Positions 43,461-52,014 of a stretch of 61,980 nucleotides of DNA are shown here, piece by piece. Source of the stretch: an uncultured Bacteroidia bacterium (GTDB taxonomy: Bacteria > Bacteroidota > Bacteroidia > Bacteroidales > F082); assembly GCA_902769815.1 (NCBI GenBank), contig CACXQO010000002.1:1-61980 (forward strand). The letters run 5' to 3'. Numbering within the stretch: the stretch's first letter is position 1; each line of letters begins with the position of its first letter. Under the pieces are notes generated by a model. The model was not told the DNA's origin. It was given only the letters and a program-made list of their open reading frames with translations, and made no database searches. The position numbers and the translations under genes were made by a program.

Positions 43461-43853
43461 TTAAGCCCAGTCGTTGGTGAAATTAACAGGACCATTCTTG
43501 ATTTCACGGCATGACAAGATAATTTCTTCGTAGTGTCCCACATTGTCTTCCCACATCTCAACGAAATTGACACAAAAGGCATCGGTGAATTCGATTTTCT
43601 TCATTAGGCTGTTTGTCACGGTCTCGTGGAATTCAATGACGCCATGCATGGCGAGGTTGGGGTGAACCATCCAGTTAAAAAGGTCGGGATTGCCATCGTT
43701 CAAGGCCTTGACGCGAATCGTGATGTTACCTCCCCTCGGAATGCCGCTGGTCTGTCCTTCAATGGTGATGGCTTGGTTGAATGAATAAGTGACTTTTAAG
43801 ACCTCGCGTTCAGTGAGGCCGTCAACTTTCAATGTTACAGGTGTTTTTGCCAT
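43461..43853 (-). CDS. Hcp/TssD tube protein paralogue 3
   Basis: 130 aa. MAKTPVTLKVDG...VTYSFNQAITIEGQTSGIPRGGNITIRVKALNDG...FTNDWA. Roughly half identical by eye to 47169-47561. Confidence 0.85.
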   Translation of the reverse strand: MAKTPVTLKVDGLTEREVLKVTYSFNQAITIEGQTSGIPRGGNITIRVKALNDGNPDLFNWMVHPNLAMHGVIEFHETVTNSLMKKIEFTDAFCVNFVEMWEDNVGHYEEIILSCREIKNGPVNFTNDWA

Positions 43854-43890
43854 GATTATAAGGTTCGTTTTAGATTAATAAACCAGTGAA

Positions 43891-45672
43891 TTATTTAGAT
43901 TGCCCTTCTACCGAAGTGCTGGCACTCTGTTTTTTATCATTAGCTTCAAGCCTGATGACAAGATTCTTTGCAGCATAATATGGCGTGATGACAATCTCAA
44001 CAGTGACAATCTTTTTCCCTGGGTCTTGAGTGGGTTCGCCAAGCTTGTAATCGGAATATAAGAACTGGTAACCTCGATAATGGTCAAGGAAGGCATTGAT
44101 TTTGGTTTTCAGCTTGTCTGGTGACGTATAAGGATCCCAAGTCACGATGGCGATTTCGTGCATATAGTTCATTATAATTTTGTTCATCCAATCCAACACA
44201 CGAACAATAGGATACTCCTGCAAGCTGGAAGATGCGCCATTATATAACGTATGGTTGGAGAACGCGTATATACGCCCTTCGTTTTCAATCATGGGAACGA
44301 CACCTTTGTCAACAAGATTTGCAATTTCAGCTTTAAGCAACTTGAGACGAGTGCCTTTCACGCCATTCAACAAGCCGTAATCCTTACCTACCACACCTTG
44401 GGCTATGGAAACTTCCCTCGTATTGGCCATGCGTCCAGCAAGGGCTCCTGAACTCGGAATGTAAACATCGTCGTTTTCATTAGCCAATTCTGACCTCTTT
44501 CGACCGAGAAGATAATTACAAGTAATGACCACATTGGACAAAAATAAATCATTCCCTTGCAGGTTGGCTTTGCCTAACTCGTCTTCTAAATCCATAAAAT
44601 TTAGACAGTCCATGAAGTCAGTAATCATCAAGACTTTGTTATTGTGTGCCGTTTTTGCCCAATCTCTTAAAACAACTGCATCACCAAAATAACCCGGTAT
44701 CACAAACAGGCTATAGCTGTTCTTTAGGCTCAACACGTCATAATGCTTTTTCAATTCGTTTTGAACGGCAAGGGTGTCAGCCGAATTGGATAATGGCAGA
44801 TTCTCCTTGCTCACGTTGATTAAAGTGAGGCATTGAGTGCTATCATGGCCTGCATTGGCGAAAAAGGTTTCTAATGTACGGTAGGTGACCTCCAACGACT
44901 TGGTGTCTTCGTGGATTTGCAACAAATTGCTTTGCAGGTTGTACTCCGCTTCATTACGTTGTTCTATGCATGTTTTTACCAACTCGTCGAAGTCCTGTTT
45001 TCCTGTTTCAAGGATTGAAGCCCAAAGAAGGAGGTCATTCATGAGCTTTTTACGCGCACCAGCATAATACGATTCGCTTAAAAAGATGTCTCTTGCGGCC
45101 CTACAGGCAGGATCTATAGCCTCAATATGCCCAATGAGACCTTTAAGTATCAGAAAGTCTTCTTCTGGAATTGGATTCTCCGAAGCCTTTTTTTGTGACA
45201 GTTCGGTAATCAACGATGCAATGGAGTTTTTCAGACTGGTACAAGCTCCCCCGTCCATCAGCCTATTGCGAAGTGCCTTGTTTTTTTCAATTTGGTGGAT
45301 GAAGTCGTTGCAGAGGTCAATCTTGTGTCTCAAAGCCTTAAGAAAATCGCTTCGTTTAATAAGCTGCTCGTCTTCAAAATCGTCCAAGGAGTAAAATTGG
45401 AAGAGTTCAACGTCCCCATTAATAAGTTGGACTTTTATGGCTGGTTTGAAATAGTCGAATACACATTCCATGTCCACGTCTTGTCCGTTCTCGGATACAT
45501 CGTATATCATAAGACCTACATCCGAAAATTCATCGACATATAGCGTCCTGTTTTGAGGAAACTCTTTTATGCTCTCAAACTCGTCTTTTTCATCAAAAAA
45601 TCTCGAATTCATAGTATTTTTCTCCTCAAACAAATAGACATGACGAATTACTGTATCAAAGACAATTGACAT
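43891..45672 (-). CDS. Sheath protein: apparent TssB-TssC fusion (divergent second sheath module)
   Basis: Residues ~70-165 align by eye with the separate TssB (VFDYFKPAIKV vs VFEHFKPKVDV; IEKNKALRNRLMD vs IEQNRKLRDILKD). Residues ~200-593 align with TssC (YPIVRVLDWMNKIIMNYMHE vs YQIVRVFDWVKKVLMNYVHD). An alternative start at 45612 (MNSRFF) removes the 25-nt overlap. Confidence 0.75.
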   Translation of the reverse strand: MSIVFDTVIRHVYLFEEKNTMNSRFFDEKDEFESIKEFPQNRTLYVDEFSDVGLMIYDVSENGQDVDMECVFDYFKPAIKVQLINGDVELFQFYSLDDFEDEQLIKRSDFLKALRHKIDLCNDFIHQIEKNKALRNRLMDGGACTSLKNSIASLITELSQKKASENPIPEEDFLILKGLIGHIEAIDPACRAARDIFLSESYYAGARKKLMNDLLLWASILETGKQDFDELVKTCIEQRNEAEYNLQSNLLQIHEDTKSLEVTYRTLETFFANAGHDSTQCLTLINVSKENLPLSNSADTLAVQNELKKHYDVLSLKNSYSLFVIPGYFGDAVVLRDWAKTAHNNKVLMITDFMDCLNFMDLEDELGKANLQGNDLFLSNVVITCNYLLGRKRSELANENDDVYIPSSGALAGRMANTREVSIAQGVVGKDYGLLNGVKGTRLKLLKAEIANLVDKGVVPMIENEGRIYAFSNHTLYNGASSSLQEYPIVRVLDWMNKIIMNYMHEIAIVTWDPYTSPDKLKTKINAFLDHYRGYQFLYSDYKLGEPTQDPGKKIVTVEIVITPYYAAKNLVIRLEANDKKQSASTSVEGQSK

Positions 45673-46304
45673 GCAGGTACAAAAGCTATGGCAACAGCTG
45701 CCACACCGTCTAATTGAACCACCACCTTTTTGTTCTTGTTGATTCTTTTTATTACCCCTTCCACTCCAGAAAAGAAGCCATCGACAACCTTCACCCGCTG
45801 GCCGACTTTTTTGATAAACTCGTTGTTATCGAGGAATATCACACGATCGTCTTGCACGGATGCCACCCGCATAAAGTTGTTCATCTGTACATCGGGAACC
45901 TGAAGAATCTCGCTCTTAGCATCAGTAGAAAGAGAGCGTTTCATTATGTAGCGCATCGGGGCAAAATCGCCACGACACATCTTCAGGTTTGTTAGATATT
46001 CTTGAGTGGACCTGACGAAAACCAAATTATGAATAGCAGGTAAGAGCACACGCTTTTTACCGCCCGATTTTGTTTCCACCAGTTCATAGTGCATGGGGAG
46101 AAAACACTCTACACCCAACTCATCAAGCAAAGCCTTGATTTTCATTTCCCGATTATAAGTGACACGCATTGGAAACCAATGCAACACAGAATCCTCTTCA
46201 ATTGATTGGTTTGCAGTATGTTGATGCGATTTTGCAATAGAGAGGGACATCACCGTTTTTGACGTGATTCCAATAATATTTTCTTTGCTTAATAATCTGT
46301 TCAT
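45648..46304 (-). CDS. UpxY-family (NusG-like) transcription antiterminator
   Basis: WFPMRVTYNREMKIKALLDELGVECFLPMH...LLPAIHNLVFVRS (NGN domain) and C-terminal KOW-like VKVVDGFFSGVEGVIKRINKNKKVVVQL. Confidence 0.8.
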   Translation of the reverse strand: MNRLLSKENIIGITSKTVMSLSIAKSHQHTANQSIEEDSVLHWFPMRVTYNREMKIKALLDELGVECFLPMHYELVETKSGGKKRVLLPAIHNLVFVRSTQEYLTNLKMCRGDFAPMRYIMKRSLSTDAKSEILQVPDVQMNNFMRVASVQDDRVIFLDNNEFIKKVGQRVKVVDGFFSGVEGVIKRINKNKKVVVQLDGVAAVAIAFVPACQLSLIQ

Positions 46305-46378
46305 ATAGTGCTGATTTCCAGCTACATTGATGAAACGGATAATAACCTTGCCAAACTGTATGTGGCAATTATCGCTTG

Positions 46379-46386
46379 CAAAGGTA
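46379..46386 (-). promoter_or_regulatory. Bacteroidota -7 promoter box (TACCTTTG on the minus strand) upstream of the NusG-like gene
   Basis: Plus-strand caaaggta, about 75 nt upstream of the ATG at 46304. Confidence 0.45.
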
Positions 46387-46605
46387 AGATATTTTGAAAA
46401 ACAAACAATATGGAATATTAAAAAGATGAGGCTTTTATTCCATTCCTATTGTATTCCCCTCGAATGCCTGCTTAAGCAGTCGATAGAAACAAGTGTTTTT
46501 GTCATAATTCTCTTCGAGGAGGAAACACCTTGCTTTCAGGAAGAGCAGCAGTTGCGAGGGCGGTGACCACATCCAATATCGGTACTTGATGGCTCCACGC
46601 TGTTG

Positions 46606-46651
46606 GATGGAATCTAACCATCCGTCCGGAGGTCGCATGATGACCTCCGGA
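46606..46651 (-). terminator. Two adjacent hairpins between hcp and the NusG-like gene (possible terminator or attenuator)
   Basis: ggatgg-aatctaa-ccatcc, then tccggaggtc-gcatgat-gacctccgga (10-bp perfect stem). No T-run follows. Confidence 0.35.
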
Positions 46652-46737
46652 ACGAATAGTCACAATCTACAACTAAGTAATAGTTGGTGTAAAGATTGGC
46701 GTCGTTATCGCCGAATTGTTAAGTTGCAAAAATACCA

Positions 46738-47136
46738 TTATTTCCAAGGGTTCTCGAAGGACACGGGGCCGTTTTCGAGTTTCTGGCATACAATCTCTAT
46801 CTCCTCGAAGTGCTCCTGGCCGTCTTCCCATTTCTCCTTATAGTGGACGCAGTAGCAACCTGTGCCCTTCAGTTCCTTCATCTTCTTTCCGTCAACTGTG
46901 TTGAAGTAGGTGACGGTGAAGTCGCGTGGGTCGGTGGGTGCCAACATCCATTGCAACAGTTGATTGTTGCCATCGTTCATGGCTTTCACACGGATCGTGA
47001 CCTTACCGCCACGGGGAATGCCGGTAATCTGGCCTTCACGGTCAGTGGTCTGGTCGAACTTATAGTCTATCATGATGACCTCACGGGTCTCGAAATCTTT
47101 AACGGCTAATTGTACCGGTGTTACATTCACTGCCAT
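46738..47136 (-). CDS. Hcp/TssD tube protein paralogue 2
   Basis: 132 aa. IDYKFDQTTDREGQITGIPRGGKVTIRVKAMNDG...FENPWK. Confidence 0.85.
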   Translation of the reverse strand: MAVNVTPVQLAVKDFETREVIMIDYKFDQTTDREGQITGIPRGGKVTIRVKAMNDGNNQLLQWMLAPTDPRDFTVTYFNTVDGKKMKELKGTGCYCVHYKEKWEDGQEHFEEIEIVCQKLENGPVSFENPWK

Positions 47137-47168
47137 AACTTGTATAGTTTAATTGTTAAACACTCATT

Positions 47169-47561
47169 TTATGCCCAGTCGTTTTCATACACGACATTGC
47201 CAAACTCAATCTTCTTGCAGGTGATGACAATCTCCTCGTAGTGACCTTGTTTGTCTTCCCACTTCTCGTCGAAGTTGACGCAATAGCCATTGGTGAACTT
47301 GATGGTCTTCATATCCTTACCAGTCTTGGTCTCTTTAAAGGTGATGGTGCCGTTCTTGGGCAAGTTGCGTTCCACCATCCATGCCAAGAGGTCGGGAGTA
47401 CCGTCGTTGAGGGCTTTCACACGAACGGTGATTTTACCGCCACGGGGAATGCCAGACATCTGGCCTTCCACATCGGTGGCCTGGTCGAATTCGTAGGTTA
47501 CCATCAGGACTTCTCTTTCCTTGTAACCATCAATCTCAATTTTTACAGGTGTTTTTGCCAT
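47169..47561 (-). CDS. Hcp/TssD tube protein paralogue 1
   Basis: 130 aa. MAKTPVKIEIDG...VTYEFDQATDVEGQMSGIPRGGKITVRVKALNDG...YENDWA. Confidence 0.88.
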   Translation of the reverse strand: MAKTPVKIEIDGYKEREVLMVTYEFDQATDVEGQMSGIPRGGKITVRVKALNDGTPDLLAWMVERNLPKNGTITFKETKTGKDMKTIKFTNGYCVNFDEKWEDKQGHYEEIVITCKKIEFGNVVYENDWA

Positions 47562-47589
47562 AATATAAAATTTAAAGTTAAATGATGTA

Positions 47590-48960
47590 TTAGTTTTGTT
47601 CTTGTTCTAATGAGGCCACTTTGTCCTTATTGTCAGCGGCCACCTTGATGATGAAGTTCTTGGCGGCATAGAAGGGAGCCAAAGTGATGTCGCAAGTGAT
47701 TTGCTTTGTCCTGGGGTCTTGACGCGGCTCTTTAATCTCGTAATCTTTAAACAGTTTGCCGTAGCCCTTGTATTGGTTCAAGAAATCCTGTATCTTGGCC
47801 TTCAGATTCTTCGGGCTGTTGTAGGGATCCCAGCCCTCTAATACCACATCATGCACGTAGTTCATCAGTACTTTTTTCACCCAATCAAATACCCGTACGA
47901 TTTGATATTCCTTCATGGCATCAAGGTCGCCGTTGTAAAGGGTGTTGTTGTTATAAGCCATTACGCGGCCATCGCTGTAAACCATAGGGATGACCTGATT
48001 GTCCCACAGCGAAGCAATCTCCGACTTCAGCAAGTCGATCTCCACGCCTTTCACGCCGTCCAGTGTACCGTACTTCTTGCCGCCGGCAGCCTGTGCCATA
48101 TTGGCAGACTCATTATAGAGTTTGCCGCAAAGGGCTGCCGAGGGGGCAATGTAGAAGGCTTTTGTTTCTTCCTCGTTGGAAGAGAGTTTCTCAGCCTCGC
48201 GGCCAACAATCCAGTTAGCACACATCACCACGTTCATCAGTTCCTGGTCGCTGTCACGATAACCCTCGGTGTTGGCCTGCAGGTTATCGAAGTTGTACTC
48301 GTCAGCATGGTCGGTGAGCAGCATTACTTTATATTTAAATGCCATCTTGGCCCACTGTAACAGTTTCACCTTTTCGTTAAGTACGGCACCAGGGATGCAG
48401 ACAAGACTATATGCATCCTTTAAGCTCAGGCGGTCAAAGCCATCGCGGAGGATATCCTCCACCTTCTGAGCGAAACCAGAGTCAGGATCTGCGATGTCTT
48501 CCTTGTGAACATTGATGATGCGAAGGTTTTTCACCTTATCGGTGCCGCAGTTTTTAAAGAAGGAGTCAAGTTCGCGGTAGCTACGCTCCAAGTCTTGGGT
48601 AGCATAGAGAGCTTCTGTGATACCCTGTTTTAGCACGGCGGTATATTTGTCCTCTTCCTGTTTGCAGGCATCGGCATAGCCAGTAGCACCCTCAATGCCC
48701 TCTTGGTCAAGTAACTCAATCCAACGGGAGATCTCACGCTTCAGTCCTTCACGCTTGTTCTCGAAGCGTTTGTCTTTCAGGAACACTTCCTTTTGGGCTT
48801 TGCGTGAAGGATTCATGTTGTCGGCGTCAGGCATGAAGCCACGGATGGCGTTAAAGCCGCCAAACTGCGACAACATCTTGCTGACATCTTTACCTTGTTC
48901 TTGCAACTGGGCACTGGATTGTTCGATGGCCTGTGCTTTTTTCATTTCAGTTTCTGCCAT
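47590..48960 (-). CDS. tssC: T6SS sheath large subunit TssC (Bacteroidota type)
   Basis: 456 aa, immediately downstream of tssB. Size, position and similarity to the sheath paralogue at 43891-45672. Confidence 0.85.
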   Translation of the reverse strand: MAETEMKKAQAIEQSSAQLQEQGKDVSKMLSQFGGFNAIRGFMPDADNMNPSRKAQKEVFLKDKRFENKREGLKREISRWIELLDQEGIEGATGYADACKQEEDKYTAVLKQGITEALYATQDLERSYRELDSFFKNCGTDKVKNLRIINVHKEDIADPDSGFAQKVEDILRDGFDRLSLKDAYSLVCIPGAVLNEKVKLLQWAKMAFKYKVMLLTDHADEYNFDNLQANTEGYRDSDQELMNVVMCANWIVGREAEKLSSNEEETKAFYIAPSAALCGKLYNESANMAQAAGGKKYGTLDGVKGVEIDLLKSEIASLWDNQVIPMVYSDGRVMAYNNNTLYNGDLDAMKEYQIVRVFDWVKKVLMNYVHDVVLEGWDPYNSPKNLKAKIQDFLNQYKGYGKLFKDYEIKEPRQDPRTKQITCDITLAPFYAAKNFIIKVAADNKDKVASLEQEQN

Positions 48961-48980
48961 TGTATTAAGTGTTTGATTGT

Positions 48981-49445
48981 TTATGCATTATTCAGTTCGT
49001 CCAACATGGACTGCAGCATCTGTTTCAGTTCGTCGCGGCTGCCAACATCCTTTAGGATGTCACGCAGCTTGCGGTTCTGTTCGATGCTCTTGCGCACCTT
49101 CTGATTGGTCTCGATTTTCATCTTGACACCAGAAAGGAACTTGCTATTTTCCACTAAACGACCTTTGCCGCCATTGGCTTCGAAGTCGCGAAGTTCTCTA
49201 AAATTCAGCGTCTCGTCAACCGTACCACCTTCTTCATTGGTAAAGGTCACATCTACTTTCGGTTTAAAGTGCTCGAAAACACCGTTAATATTTTGGATAT
49301 TATCCTGCACAAATTCAGGATCGCCGGCTTCCACGTCTGTAGTGTACTGGTCAATAATGATGGTTTTGTTTTGGTCCAACAGGCTCACTTTCGCATTGCT
49401 CTCCTCATCTGGAGCATCCGAAATGAAGTTTTCTTTCATTGCCAT
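48981..49445 (-). CDS. tssB: T6SS sheath small subunit TssB
   Basis: 154 aa, acidic. Located between clpV and tssC. VFEHFKPKVDVTF...FRELRDFE pattern. Confidence 0.8.
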   Translation of the reverse strand: MAMKENFISDAPDEESNAKVSLLDQNKTIIIDQYTTDVEAGDPEFVQDNIQNINGVFEHFKPKVDVTFTNEEGGTVDETLNFRELRDFEANGGKGRLVENSKFLSGVKMKIETNQKVRKSIEQNRKLRDILKDVGSRDELKQMLQSMLDELNNA

Positions 49446-49470
49446 AATTTAGATGTTTTTAATTTTTACT

Positions 49471-51729
49471 TTATTGATTGTTAACTTTTAATCTTTCTTT
49501 AACCATTATTACTGGATTGCCGCTCTGGTCGATGTTTACCACAACGTGGTCGCCCGACTTTATTTTACCAGCAATCATCATCTTCGAAATAGGATGGCGT
49601 AACTCTTTGCGGATAATGCCGAGAATTGGACGCGCGCCATATTGCTGGTTGAAACCGCGCAAAGCAATGGCTTGTCTGGCTTCGGGAGACAGTTCCAGTG
49701 TGATGTCCTGTTCATTAAGTAGCTTCAGCAGTCCCTTCATATGAATGTCGAAGATAGCCGTAACCGTTTTTTCGGTTATAGGCGCGAAAGGCACTATTTC
49801 CGTCAAACGCGCCAAAAACTCGGGACGGAAATAGCTCTGCATGATGTCCATCAGCTCGTTATTTTCGGGTATCTCGCCATTATTGAACTTCGCCACAATG
49901 TCCTTGGCACCTATGTTAGATGTGAAGAGAATGAGAGAGTTGGAGAAATCACCCACACGCCCCAGACGGTCGTGCAACTTGCCTTCGTCCAAAATCTGCA
50001 AGAAGAGGTCAAACACAGATTTGTGTGCTTTTTCAATTTCATCGAAGAGCACCACACTATAAGGCGATTGACGAATTTTGTTCACCAACAGACCGCCCTC
50101 TTCGTAACCTACATAACCTGGAGGAGCTCCATAGAGCAGTGCCACAGAGTGTTCCTCCTTGAATTCAGACATATCGAAACGTAGCAAGGCACTCTCGTCA
50201 CCAAAGAGAAATTCGGCTAAAGCCTTGGAGAGTTCAGTCTTACCAGTACCCGTTGGTCCCAGAAAGAAGAACGAACCCATAGGCTGTCCCTTCTTATTGA
50301 GTCCCGAGCGAGCCTCAAAAACGGCGTCAAGCACCTTCTTCACAGCATGATCCTGACCAACGACACGTTTCTTCAGCTCTTCTTCGCCACCCATCAGACG
50401 CTCTCGCTCGCCCGTCTGCACCTTGCCAAGGGGAATACCCGTCTGCTTGGCGACGACGGCAGTGAGGTCGTCGGGCCGGAGGTCGGTATGTTTCTGTTCC
50501 TCGTTACCGAGGTCATTTTCCACCTTCACATGTGCCATAGTACGATCAATGAGGTCGATAGCCGAGGCGGGCAGAGACTTCTCGGTTAGGTAACGCTTGG
50601 CTAAGCGGATGGACTCATTCATCACTTCTTCATCCACCGTCAAGCCGTGGTACTCTTCGTAAGCTGGCATGATACCTTTCAGGATTTCCATCGTTTGGTC
50701 GGTGGTGGGTTCCTCGATGGAGATTTTCTCCAAATTGGAGACCATCTCCTTGTCAGTCTCAATATTTTTGGTGTAACCGTCGATACTTGATGTGCAAAGC
50801 AACTGCAAACGACCTTTGCTCAGTTCGTTCTTCAGAAGTGTCGAGCAACCAAAGAGCATACTTTGCTTGTCGAATAGCTTGTCAATCTTCTCAATGATGA
50901 GTACGGCGTTGGGTTGATTTTCCACCTCGTTAATGATATTCTTGAAGCGGTCCTCCACCTCGCCCTTGTATTGGGCGTCGCTTCCTAAAGCAGCCGTCTC
51001 TAACTCGTAGGCAACAGCACCACTGAGGAAACATGGTACATGGTCGGTAGCCAGTTCACGCACAAAACCATTCACTAGTGAAGTCTTGCCCACACCAGAC
51101 TCACCAGTGATGAGTAGGTTAGCTTTGGTTTTGCGCCCCATAATTTCATAGATGATGGAAATCTCATTTTCGAATCCGACGACATTGTCCAGATTGCCCG
51201 CTCGGGCAATGGCAGTCTTGTCAGTGCAGTATTTGGCAAGTGTGCCTTTACCTGTGGAAGGTGTGTTTTTCTTCAGTACGGTACTCTCCATGTAAGGAGC
51301 CTCCACGTTGGCCCCGCCCCCCATCTTGGCACTAATGTCCGATGGAGTCAACGGCAACGTCTTAAGCTGGTCGAAAGAAAAACCAACACCTGGTGTCACC
51401 AGCGAAGTAAGAATGCAGACTGGCGAAATCTCATCAAGGTTGAACTTCATCTTATAGTTCTCAGCCTCTTCCATAACCGCTACGCTTTCGTCGCTATACT
51501 CAAGGTCATGCATCGGACGGACAGCTTTGGGAGATAATTGCATCTGAACATCAGCCCAGTCTTGAAGATAGTAATAATCTTTGTCCAACTCAGTTTCAAT
51601 AAAGCGAACAAGCCCCGTTTCTTTATGAAGAACAGCTTTGAAAAGATGCGAAGGATAAATGGCATCACTGCAGTATTCCTCGGCAAAGGAACTGGCAATG
51701 GTTTTTATTTTTTCTATCATTTCGCTCAT
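49471..51729 (-). CDS. clpV: ClpV/TssH AAA+ ATPase (ClpB-like, two nucleotide-binding domains)
   Basis: Clp-N-like N-terminus. Walker A sites GESGVGKTS and GPTGTGKTE. VLFDEIEKAH (Walker B). 752 aa. Confidence 0.9.
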   Translation of the reverse strand: MSEMIEKIKTIASSFAEEYCSDAIYPSHLFKAVLHKETGLVRFIETELDKDYYYLQDWADVQMQLSPKAVRPMHDLEYSDESVAVMEEAENYKMKFNLDEISPVCILTSLVTPGVGFSFDQLKTLPLTPSDISAKMGGGANVEAPYMESTVLKKNTPSTGKGTLAKYCTDKTAIARAGNLDNVVGFENEISIIYEIMGRKTKANLLITGESGVGKTSLVNGFVRELATDHVPCFLSGAVAYELETAALGSDAQYKGEVEDRFKNIINEVENQPNAVLIIEKIDKLFDKQSMLFGCSTLLKNELSKGRLQLLCTSSIDGYTKNIETDKEMVSNLEKISIEEPTTDQTMEILKGIMPAYEEYHGLTVDEEVMNESIRLAKRYLTEKSLPASAIDLIDRTMAHVKVENDLGNEEQKHTDLRPDDLTAVVAKQTGIPLGKVQTGERERLMGGEEELKKRVVGQDHAVKKVLDAVFEARSGLNKKGQPMGSFFFLGPTGTGKTELSKALAEFLFGDESALLRFDMSEFKEEHSVALLYGAPPGYVGYEEGGLLVNKIRQSPYSVVLFDEIEKAHKSVFDLFLQILDEGKLHDRLGRVGDFSNSLILFTSNIGAKDIVAKFNNGEIPENNELMDIMQSYFRPEFLARLTEIVPFAPITEKTVTAIFDIHMKGLLKLLNEQDITLELSPEARQAIALRGFNQQYGARPILGIIRKELRHPISKMMIAGKIKSGDHVVVNIDQSGNPVIMVKERLKVNNQ

Positions 51730-51759
51730 ATTCGGAGAATTGAAAAATGAACTATCTTT

Positions 51760-51999
51760 TCACAGATTATTTGCCGCCAAAAGTACAAAAGAATTTGTAA
51801 ATAGCAAAAAAAATGATAAAAATCTGGTGCAACTATAATCATCAAATGTGTCCTCTATGAAGTTTATTAATCCTGCGGTCTTATGCATGAGAGCACTAAG
51901 CAAGTGAGCTGGTTCGATTTTGGGCAACTTGTTATCGTTGGCATACGATTGCAATATGTGTAATAAGTCAAAAGGAAGGTTATAGTTTGAAATACTTGT
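51760..51999 (-). pseudogene. Remnant of a second clpV 5' end (Clp-N-like fragment)
   Basis: LPKIEPAHLLSALMHKTAGLINFIEDTFDDY parallels DAIYPSHLFKAVLHKETGLVRFIETELDKDY of the intact ClpV. After that it runs into nonsense sequence and a stop. Confidence 0.5.
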
Positions 52000-52014
52000 C
52001 CGTATCAGTTGCGT

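Noticed and set aside
46327-46843. Three 67-85-aa ORFs in the hcp to NusG-like intergenic region
   Set aside because: They overlap one another and the hcp 3' end. The region is better explained as a regulatory gap containing hairpins and a -7 box.
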